The notes under the pieces were generated by a model. It had not been told where the DNA came from. It saw only the letters and a program-made list of their open reading frames with translations, and did not search any database. Below, one piece after another: positions 41,301 to 53,300 of a stretch of 64,000 nucleotides of DNA (position 1 is its first letter; the number at the start of each line of letters is the position of its first letter). Position numbers and translations under genes: made by a program. Origin of the DNA: Phoronis australis (Eukaryota; Animalia; Phoronida); NCBI GenBank assembly GCA_002633005.1, contig NMRA01000367.1, positions 336,762 to 400,761 of the forward strand, in the 5' to 3' direction.

Positions 41301-44300
41301 ATATTGGAAGTTGCCATTCAGTTTGTGGTGTACAAAAGAGTCTTTAATTTGATATGTAATGAAGTCAACATAAATTTTTTGTTCAAAATGTAAAATTTTT
41401 AAGTGTGGATTACTGACTCATGAGTTTAAAGAAACCTCCAACAAGTGTCTTCCGGTGATGTTCATATCATCTTGTTGGCATTATTCCAGTTCCTGGACGG
41501 CCAAGGAGAGTTGTGGTCACTGTGTTGAATTCTACAGCTGTGCGTGTACAGTGGCGCCCTCCTACCAAGAGAGACAGGAACGGAGTTATCCGTGGATACC
41601 AGGTAATTGTGGTTACTGTGAAGTGGCAGAGGCTGAAACTGATGGAATGACCATCAACTGGTCTTGGGCTAATTGTAGGACCATTGGTACAGCCACTCAT
41701 CATTTCCAGCTCAGCAGCACACTTGGTGTAATTAGCATGGAGCATAGTCTGCACTTTCAATCCTTAGAATATAAAGGTGTGACCACTCAAGTCAGCACGT
41801 ATCTCATAAGCCCACCCAATGTATGACCACTCAAGCCAGTCCATATCTCATAAGCACACACAGTGTCAACTCTTCCCTTTCTTTCTGCTGACTGATCTGA
41901 ACTTAACCACTAAGCTTATCAAATGTTGAGCTATGCTCATCAACCATTAATTTCGTAACCTGTTGGGCTTTGCTCATAAACCATTAATCTCGTAACCTGT
42001 TGGGCTGTGCTCATTAGCCAGTATTGTCATAAATTGTTGGCTGTGTTAATTTTGTGTTGATGTGTTTAGGTACACTTCGTACCAGTAGACATTGTGGGTG
42101 AGAGACTAGGCCTGCAACAACAGAGAGACACAGCGGATGGTAGTAAACACTCGATGGTGGTCAATGAACTACGGCCTAACACCAGCTATAAGTTCCAAGT
42201 AGTTGCTTACACCAGGGAAGGAGATGGGGACCGCAGTGAAGAAAAAACCATAACAACAAAGGGTGCAGGTAAGTTAATTAAACTACAACTTTACCTGGTT
42301 ATAACATACATCAAGGCACCTTTAATACAAAGATAGATCGTTACAAGGTATAGCATCTTAAATATCTATTCAAAGGTAGATTGTTATAACCAGAGTAAAC
42401 TTGTTAATGTTAAGTAGGACCTCATTGATTGGTCTGCATATTTAGCCAAGTGTCTACTACAGTAAAACCATATGTTTCTATTTTATGCAGCTGAGAGTTT
42501 TTCATGAAAATCATATAAGCCTTATTTTTTATTGCACCTCATGGGACATTTTAAGAACAGTTGTAAACAGAACTGAAGAACAATGCATAAAACATAGTCT
42601 AGTTTCATATGAATTCTGTCGGCCATTTCTGAGATATAATGGTCTGCAGTTAGCACAAAGTTGAACATTTTTATAGGATTCTACATAACCTTAAAGTCAT
42701 TAACATCTTGAATGACTCCATTTGTAACCTGCATTCTGAACTTTGTTCACATCCAAACTATGGCTTTGTTGTAGTGTTTTGGAAATAACTGTCTGGTGGC
42801 ATAGCACACCTCCAGTTTTAACCTATTATGCAAGTTTGACCTGTTTTAATGTTCTCATTTTTTTTCCTTGTTGTGAGAAATTTTCACATAAACTTCCAAG
42901 AGACAGCAGAATTGTGCGGAATATTGCGATCGCCATGTAATCTTCGCCACTCTGTGCAGTTTTTACTTTTTTAATCAGATGACTTAGTTTGTGATTTCCT
43001 GACAGATTTTCTCACTGCAAAATAGTAATAACAAAGACTTGATCCATAACTCAAAGACTCAATACAGTCTATTTAAGCACATATAAGCACATGTGTTTAT
43101 TCCTCTGACTGGGACTCATAGTCAGGATGCTGTTCATGGTAAACATAGTTGATGGTCACTTTGAGGGAAGTTATTAACATTTTAGCAATATGATCATTGT
43201 GAATGTAAACAATTGTGACTAAATGTTATTAACAATTATGGTGTATCAAAAATGCATTGGGTAAAATCAAAACTTATCATTGTTAATCTTCTATTGCAAT
43301 GAGGATCAACTGTTCTTAAATAGAAAATTTTTGAAGATCGCGGGTGTTTAAGTGGAAATATTTGATGAATTTGACACAAAAAAGCAATGAACATAACTAT
43401 AATGAACAGAACAATAATGAACAGAACAATAATGAACAGTACAATAGTGAACAGAACAATAGTGAACAGAACAATAGTGAACAGAACAATAGTGAACAGA
43501 ACAATAGTGAACAGAACAATAGTGAACAGAACAATAGTGAACAGAACAATAGTGAACAGAACAATAGTGAACAGAACAATAGTGAACAGAACAATAATGA
43601 ACAGAACAACAGGCAGCAAAGAAGTTGGTATGAAGTCCAGAAATATGAAGCAGAATTTGTGAGAACAGGTTTCTTTAATATAATTTTTCTTCAGTGAAAT
43701 GACTCACCCTGTTCATTTTATTCTTTCGTGGGTCTGACCTCTGACCCTGTATATTGCAGTTCACTGTTTGACCTCTGACTCTTGTATTTTGCAGTTCCTA
43801 CTCCACCTCAGGGCATGAATGTACAACTGATTGATGAGAATCCTCTCGCTGTGGAGGTAACTTGGCGCCCCCCTCGCTCCACTTCGGGAATGCTACGCTC
43901 CTATCGTGTCAAATATGGTCGCAAAGGAAGTAACACGTTCAAGGAAGCTGTCTTGGTTGGCCCAGTCTTGACATACACTGCTACAGATCTCGGTGAGTTG
44001 ATCTGGTATCATTCATGTTCACTCAAAATCAAGCTGACATTTGATGGAATTTTATCCTCTGTTTCTTTGTCCTTGGTCAGAAACAGATGAATGTGCAAAA
44101 ACAAAAAATAAGAATCTCTAAACTAGTCTGGTTAAATGCAATCACAGTACTTAGCATTTGCATTGGGAAGCATGATTCCGTACTTAGCCGACACAGTGGG
44201 AAACGTGCTTCAGTACTTAGCAGTAACATTGGCAAGCATACTTCAGTACTTAGCAGTAACATTGGCAAGCATACTTCAGTACTTAGCAGTAACATTGGCA

Positions 44301-47300
44301 AGCATACTTCAGTACTTAGCAGTAACATTGGCAAGCATACTTCAGTACTTAGCAGTAACATTGGGAAGCATGCTTCAGTACTTAGCGGTAACATTGGCCA
44401 GCATACTTCAATACTTAACGGTAACATTGGCCAGCATACTTCAGTACTTAGCGGTAACATTGAGATGTATGTTAGCTTTGTGTGATGAGACTATTACTAA
44501 AACATCATTTTATTTGTAGGCAAAGGTGTCAACTATGAGTTCCGGGTAGCTGCTAGAAATGAGGTGGACTTTGGTGAAGAGGCTTCAGCTGAAATCAAGA
44601 CACCTGATGGAGGTAGGGATGGCACCTGATGGAGGTAGGGATGGCACCTGATGGAGGTAGGGATGGCACTAATAGGCTGAACTAAATTTTTTTCATAAGA
44701 CACAAATTAAGACTAAAACCAGCCTTAGCTTAGATCATAAGTGTACCAACTATGGAGGACTTGTATCAGATTTTTGGTGCAAATGTCAAAAATATACAAG
44801 CCACCACTGTAAACTGTCATGGAACAATTTTTTTCTATATTTTCACTGTAGTTTTACAATCCAATGGCAAATTACCATGGAGATAATAAAGTGTGAAATA
44901 TCTGCTCGTCTGAAGTGATATATTCTACCTGTACTAGTACCTGCAATGATACTTATGCTAATGTTGTTACTGAAGGCTCCCTGATAGACATTCTTAATAT
45001 TGGAGTTGACACGTTTCCATACTTGATTTTGTGAATCTGCTACAAGTGGTGAAGCCATTGTTGGTGTGGTCAGAAAAGCTGATTTAATTTCAATCTTATG
45101 TAAAACAGAAAACAAATAATACGGTCTTTTCCGACTTGAAATCTTCCATCTTACCTTAGCCCGTATTTTGGTGATAAATTGATGATAATGAAATGGGCTC
45201 CTTGTGTCTGTGCAAGTTAGTTCAGGCAATGTAGGGTCTGTACTGCCTTGCTTCAGGTTGTCTCCTGTCTGGGCCTAGCTAAGACTAGCTGGGTCCGGGT
45301 ATATAAGGGTTTGAACTCCAGGTTTTCTCCTGTTTGGGCTAGTATGACTAGCTAGGTCCAGGGTATATAAGGGTTTGGACTGTAATCTGATTACTCCAAT
45401 CTTAGTTCTGACTCAAACTTAATCTATCACGCTGTGCAGGTTTACTCAAAGCATGTCATGTAATTGGTCAAGTTTCTAGTACAGAGAGTAAACTCCAACC
45501 CTCGGTCTAGTTAGTTCTAGGATATGCAGGGTTTTGGGTGGGATTGAGAGGTGCGTACTACCTTGACTCTGTTAATGTGGCCTTGACATTCTGGTATGGT
45601 TCAGTGTTCTAGTGGCTTAGCTTTCTGTTAGCGATCACAAGCCCGATCCATATAATGGTTCAGTGTTCTAGTGGCTTAGCTTTCTGTTAGCGATCACAAG
45701 CCCATTCCATATAATGGTTCAGTGTTCTAGTGGCTTAGCTTTCTGTTAGCGATCACAAGCCCATTCCATATAATGGTTCACTGTTCTACTGGCCTAGCTT
45801 TCTTCTAGAGATCAGAAGTCCGTTCCACATAACTGACGTTGAATTCAGTTTTGACTTGAGTCTAAGATTTCTCTCAACGTCCTAACGTTGAAACCTCCTC
45901 ATCAGGCAAAAATTAGTCAAAATTGAGACAAAACTTAAAGCAAAAACTTCAGATCTCTTTCTTGAAACGAAGTTGAGACAAACTTAAGTGCTATCTTAAA
46001 ATTGACTGAAATTTAAAGTTTGTCTTACCTAAGTGAGTTTTCTTGGTATGGGCCCTTGTACTCTAAGATCAGATGAGCAGACTGCAGTTTGAAGTTGCTG
46101 TTTTGTTTATTTCTGATTACGTTTTCAAAAGTGAGATTATGTTCAATAACCAGTTTATTAGCTATGTGCTTGTTTAACTCCAGCCCTTACTGAGATCACC
46201 TTGACATTACTTCAGCATTCTGGCCACAGTTTTTCCTAAACTTAATACATTAGTCATTAAGACTGTTTTTTGCTGTGTTTCTAAAGTTTATTTCATATTT
46301 TGTGCTGGATTAAGCTTTATATAATATTCTTGTTTAGTTCCTCAAGCTGCACCGACCAATTTCTCAACCCAGCGTGTGTCTGCCTCCAGCGTCGCACTAC
46401 ACTGGGATCCTCCTATAGAGGAGTATCGCAACGGTGACATCGTTAACTATGAAATAGTCTACTTCAAACGCTCCAATGCCATTGATGAGATGAGTGAGAA
46501 TACAACTTCTACCCACCTGACAGTAAATAATCTGGAAGGCAATATGGACTATATCTTTAAGATCAAGGCGTACACGTCTAAAGGTGCAGGACCATGGAGC
46601 AGTGGCAAGCCATACAGCACACACACAATAGGTAGTTATGTGTGATAGTCATATATATATGCAGTGTTAGCCATACTGGGGTTAACTTGTGTGGCTGAAC
46701 AGGATTGATAATCTATTAGTATTGATGTTCATGCTATGAGTAAGATTCACGCTATAGACCTAGATATTGTAGACACATCCTTGTATGGGTATTGCATGTC
46801 TCATGGACATGTCCTTGTATGGGTATATCTGATGATCATTTTGCAGTTGTAGTGAATCTATCACTCTCTTGCTGTGCAGTCATTCTGCTTGTTTGTCATA
46901 ACAACTCTCACCACTTTACAGTCGTAATTTGTTGCATCTCATTTTGTACCCAGTCAGCTGTACCCGTTGATCCTGTCGTCTGACTTCAGGTATTCCTAAG
47001 CCAACCAATGTGGAGGCGAAGCGTTTGTCCAGTCCATCCACGTCAGTCAGCGTCACCTGGCAGTCACCCATCTTCCCTGTACGAGGCTACTGGCTCTTCT
47101 ATCATATCCGTGATGACCCGGACCTTTCCAACTGGGAGAAAGTCGATATTCCTAACCCAGTGAACTCTTACATTCTGCGCAACTTGCAGAACTACAAGGA
47201 TTACTACGTGCGCCTACAGGCATATGGTCAAGAACAGAATCTTGGTGACCTTTCTGATGTGGCTATCACTACTGTTATACCTGGATGTAAATGTCTTTCA

Positions 47301-50300
47301 ACTTTTTTCACTTTTTACTTAATTATATCCTCTTTGAAGCAAAGTGAACCTATGTCTTGGTTTTAGTGTTGCCCATAAATACACGACTGCATACATACCC
47401 CTTAAAGTTTATTATTTCAAACCTTATTTAGTGACCTCCATTCTAGCTCATTTATCACAAAGTTAGTCTATGTCAACTAGTGAAAACATAAATGTTCTGG
47501 TTTAATCAAACCATTTTGTGCCATTTTTAAAAAATTTGTCAATCAACATTTGAACTGGACTGTTTTAGATCTGCCAACAATGGTGAGGTCCTTTGACGAT
47601 GATAGAAGTGAGCGCAGTGATTCGATTGTGTTTCTGCGCTGGGATACGCCACGCAAAAGTGATCCTGACTCGTACAAGGTATATGCACTCTTGCGTGTGT
47701 TGTGTTTGAATAATATAGTAAACTGATGTGAATGAAAGAGTTGCCATGGTGATCCGTAGCAAATTGAAGCCTCGCTGGCTGTAGTTACCACCAATTGAAG
47801 CCTCGCTGGCTGTAGTTACTACCAATTGAAGCCTCGCTGGCTGTAGTTACTACCAATTGAAGCCTCGCTGGCTGTAGTTACCACCAATTGAAGCCTCGCT
47901 GGCTGTAGTTACTACCGATTCCTTGTGAATTTATTATCTTGTTGCTGCAACCATAGTGTAAGCACAAAATATGAAGTGAGTATATTATGTTAAATTTTGA
48001 ACAATGGTCTTAGGGCTGTTCCAGTAAAATCCGTGTGGGAGGGGGGGACGGCAGTAGAAATAAAAATTCATGGGTGGTGGTCTTCAGAAAAAAACTCAAA
48101 TTATGGGTGGTCGTTCCTGTAAGAAGTGATGCATTAAAAATGGGTGGTATTTTTTGACCTGTTAATGTTGACAGGTTGGTTACTTCAGCGGAACACATCT
48201 CCAAAGAAATCAAAACTCAATAAAATGCAATTGGCTAATATCCTAACTTATCCCAATACAAAAAAGCCCATATTGCCAATGAACAGAGTGCAATATGTTC
48301 ACTAAGCCATTAATCAAGTCATGGGCAACTTGATTTGCGCCAACTGTTAGTCTGCAGTCCTATTGAATTGAAAAGTTATGCAACACTAAACTGGTGTTAA
48401 CACATATAAGAAAATTGATGATTTTTAAATAAAAAGTATGAGGAGTAAGATAAACAAGTTCCAATATTCACTTGACATAGAAGTACAAAAGAGTTTGTGG
48501 AGACAGTTTGAGATTCATAGATGCTTATAATTGAAAAAATTTTCATTGAAATTATAGACACATGGTGAACAGAGACACCTGGTGGCTGCCAAAAGTATTG
48601 CTCACAGGCTACTTTAGTTTTTGACAATATTGGACAAGACAACTAGTTCTTGTCTGTCAATCATCTAAGTTCTTAACAGGTCCTCCTGGAGGCAATTTGT
48701 TTGCAAGTATTGGATTTTGTATTTCAACCTATAAAAATAATTAAAAAATTATGGGTCATGGGTCGGAGAAATAAATGAAAAATATGGGCGGTGGGTACGA
48801 AATAAAAGTGCCTTCCCCCCCCTCCCATACAGATTTTGCTGGAACAATGGTCTTAGATTGCTTTAGTATCATAGTCATGCAAACTTTAGATAGGTCCATT
48901 TAAGTCTGTCCAGTAAACAAGAAGTTGGTAGTGTTTGATGTGTAATTCTTGCTTCGCCTGTTAACAGGTTGAGTGGAAGGCTAAAAAGGAATACTTGGAT
49001 GAAAATGGCCGGCTGCAGATTATTAACATTCCAAAATCAGTCAAGGTTTTAAGAGCCAAACATAAAAGTTTCCGTGTCAGGAACTTGCTTCCAAGCACCA
49101 CCTATTGGTTTAACATCACCACTACATTCGAAGATGGTGTTGTGTCTGATCCAACCTCATACTCAGTCACAACTAAAGTTGCAGGTATGTCTAATTTAGT
49201 AAAGTAGCATATAGCCAGGTGGTGCTGCAGTTGGTTGAGACTTTTGCACCAATAGTAGAGGTCTGTGCAGTCAGTTGTATGCTGCATCTATTTGGTTCAT
49301 CTCTTTTTGTGGTGCATGTTAAGAAGTAAGTGCTGGCTAATGAGATAAATTTGATTTTATTAATTTAAAAGCTATCATTTTTCTCTCAACTTTATTAGAG
49401 CATTGTATTATTGTACTTTTATCCAACTTAAATTCAAACTTTTCTGCCTTGGTGATCATGTCTGATCTATCTTCCTTGTCTACTTGTGTTGATGACTCAT
49501 CTGCCATGTTGTAACCTCTTGCAGCCCCTGAGTCCATCAAGCATCCTGTCTTCAATGGACTGGGTGATGGGAACACCATCAAGCTGCGTCTGTATAGGGC
49601 GTCTGAGAAGAATGGTGAAATAAGTCACTACTGGATAGCTGTGATACCAGATGGCGCTGTCAGCAAGCAACCATCTGAGTTTGAGTTATCTGATGTGAGT
49701 AGCCTACTGATTTGGCAATATCTCACTAGAGTGGCTGGCTGACCTTGAATGTCATTATCTCTCAAATGTTGTTGGTTGATTTGTATTATAAAGTGCACAT
49801 ATTTTTTCATAAATGTGGAAATAGTGAAATAATCAAAGGATGTTACTTGTAAGTAGTTGTTATATTGCAGTGATATCCTCAAGACACCGATGTCTACTTT
49901 GTCAGATATAACATGTTACATTGTTATCTGTATTGTGAAGTGGAAAACAGTGCAGTTGTGTGTGCTCTTTCTTTCAGTTCTCCAATGTTGACAGTGATGG
50001 TAAGCCGTATATTGCTGGCCAGTTTAATGGGAACCAATTGCCTGATGTGTTTGAACTGGGTGATGGTCAGATGTACAATAACTACTTGAACAAAGCACTG
50101 GACCCTCTCATGAAGTACAAAGTGTTTGTCCGAGCCTTCTCCACTAACAATGTAAGTATTACCGTCCACCACACTCATGTTACTGCACCATTGGCCTACT
50201 TACTAACTCTACAAGAGAACATCAAAACAAGGCGTCTGTAGCCAGAAGTGCTCTCAATCACTTAAGTTGTTGTTTCTTACTGTTTGTTAGCGAAGAGAGA

Positions 50301-53300
50301 AAATGACTGAAATTTGCTCTAGTGAGTTGGCCAATCTACTGTTTTGTTATGACACCAATCAGCCAAACATTGTCTTCATAACATCCCTCCTGCTGTTGTA
50401 TTGTGTAACCCATCCTCAATGTAGTGAAATATTCCCTTGTGAAATTTTCTCTAAATTAGTAGAGGTTGTTAGGCATCTTGTGATTTTTTGAAGCACAGAA
50501 AGTTGAATGTTTTATCCTTGTGACCATTTATAACAGTCTTTGAGTTGTTGTTGTGGTCAACAACTTATATAAAGTATTAGTCACCTCTTCACAGTCGCGC
50601 TAATTTATGGCAAACATCAACTCATAGTAATTCTAATTAACTCATAGTCATAGCAATGCGGTTTCTAACCACTCTTGTTATTAGTTACTAACCACTTTGA
50701 GTATGTTAGTTTCTAATTAACTGTTTCTTCGTTTTAGGCCCTCTATACATCTAGTGATTACAGCGAGCTGTTATATTTTGTACGTTACAGTCCGTTTATC
50801 ACTCACCTTTCTCCTTTCTGAAACTGTATGACTGAAATTGGTTCTCTGAGCAAACAATAAGTCTGTGAATCACTGTGTCATCAATCAAATGTGTTGAGTA
50901 TTATGAACGTTTCAAATTAATCGTGCAATGTTTATTGCATATTTTACACCTGTTCATGTATCACATGTTACATAATGTGTCTAAAAGCTAAAATGTCCTA
51001 CAGTTTCTAACTTTTGTTTCTGCGCACGTTGGCATGACATTATCTGACATACCTGCCTTTTCTCATAACCATCCCTTTGTTCCTTCTCATGGTTATTTAT
51101 ATAATTGTGTTCTACAGTTCATGGTAAACATGTGAAACTGTCCATGCTCCTGTTGGGATCATGCAGCTTTGCAGCGATGGTCATGTGACCCTTGCAGTTG
51201 TATTGTTGACAAATTACCAGTCTGTTTCTTCGTTTCATTAACAACAACTTACCTAGTCTGGCGTGTAGGTTCCTGTTTGAAGATTGCTTATATGTTATTA
51301 AAAATTGACCTTGACGTATATCAGCAGTGTAGTTTACTACTCTATTTGTAAGTTATAGGCCCTGTAGTAACAGAGTGCAATACTGAGCTGGCTCTGCGGA
51401 ATGCCAATATTGATAGTAACCATATTAAGCATTATGATGAAGTCACTGGACAAGATTTTAGTTAATTCTGTTACATTATTGGGAACTCTCATCAAGTTTC
51501 ACAAATTTGTGATAGAATGGCAAAAACAGAATACATTTTTTTTGTAAGTTCAAGAAATTTGTTGTACCCAAAATACATTTTAGCCTTAAAACTGATAGTT
51601 TTCTTTCAATGTTTGCCTGGTTACAAAGTGCTGTTTGCACCAAAATTTGACAAAAGACACCTACATCAAAATACAAGATTTCAGAAATCCATTTCTAAGT
51701 AAAGGGCATTCCTGTGCTCAGAGAGCAGTATTACAGAAGTCACTTGAAGACATTCTGTTCCAATGTTATGTCAGGTGGCAGGAGCCTATATGTTATTGAA
51801 GTCAGAATCACTGGGGCATGTTTTTATTTGTAAATACAAATGAAAAGCACATACAATTTGTTAGCCTTTTGCAGGTTATTTCATGACAGAGTAGTAGAAT
51901 TTTGTACAGCAGGTTGAATCTGATTTGTATTCGAACTACCGTATTCGCTCTAATAAGCACCCATGCCCCTATAAGCGCACCCCCATGCATTTTCAGACTT
52001 CTCTGAAATAAGTGCTCACCCCATGAAGGTGTACATGCGAAAAATGTGTTACCTATACAGTCCTAAAATTCTACCGTAACAGTCTTCAATTTATCGACAA
52101 GAACCGACAGTCCTGAGAAAAATGTGCAGGGGATTTCTAGACCACCAGCCTCGTCGATATGTCGGTATTTAGCCTTTAAACTTCCGCCATGCTTCTAAAA
52201 GAACGCAAAAATTTTGCTGATCTCACGAGGAAAGTGACCCACTATGGTCTGGTCTTTCAGAACAGATACAGCGTACTTGTCAACTGGATTGAAACTTTCA
52301 CATAGTTTCCAATTCTTCTCCTTCAACAGGATTCCTTCTTTGTACACGTGGGTCTCTATACTGTTGTACCTTGTGTGACAGGATTGTTTTCATTCATGCC
52401 CCATATGTCAGTGTGTGTAAATCAATCCCTACTACTAACTCTTAATTACCAATATTGTTCTCGTTTGGATTTATAATTCTATCACTAATGTAAATCTACG
52501 TTATAACCTGGCTTTGGTCTCTGTAACACCTCACTTAATTATTTTCCAAGTTGTTTTTCACATTTTAACTTAGCTGTAAGTTTTCTAAATAGTTATAAAC
52601 ACTTATGCTTTGTTTATATATATTTCTCTAATTACTTAAGCATTCAAGAAGTGCAACCTTCAACCTTAACTCTGTATATTTCCACTGTTATCCTTGATCT
52701 GTCTGTATTAATGTTACTTTTCAAAAATCCTTACATTCCCAAGTTGACAAACTCCTAAAAACAATACAAAAGTAAAGTTTCATTGCTCAAAGTTCTTTCT
52801 TTTTCCTTGGATGCTTGAAATTATCTAGTTTTGATGTTGGACGGTATACATGTTGTCCTCGACATATTTTCTCTTCGTTGTACTGCTGTAGGATTATGTG
52901 CTTAATTACAAATGATTGACACGTCTCTTGCTGTTGTCAATCATTCAAACTCTTCAGATAACCAAACTGTACTTGACAGGTATTCCACATATAGGGTTTC
53001 CTTATATGCCATGTTTCAGATTTTACGGAAACTGTAAAACTGATGTAAAGGGTTGGCTTAAAACTGGTAACCATAATACGTAAAAAAGTCATTGCTTTGG
53101 TCCATTCCGGCAGAAGCTTTCATTTCTACCCGGCCTATTCACGGCCTATTCACGGCCTATTCACGGCCTATTCACGGCCTATTCACGGCCTATTCACAAA
53201 ATTAAAGAAAATTTTCACTTTTCTGACGGCTTATCTTAGTCAGATCATTTCTTCACTAATTATATTCTCCACCCATTGCAAATTTCCATCAGTATTTATT

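Noticed and set aside
43236-44519. Repetitive ORFs ([21 protein letters not shown]); similar ones at 2938-3360 and 15267-15755
   Set aside because: Stop-free frames of intronic minisatellites, open in several frames and strands, with no coding signature.
49399-49404. Possible 6-nt microexon AGCATT (also TACAGC at 38679-38684 and CTG near 12935)
   Set aside because: Donors (T|gtatta, C|gttata, G|gtgtgc) are too weak to separate from chance.
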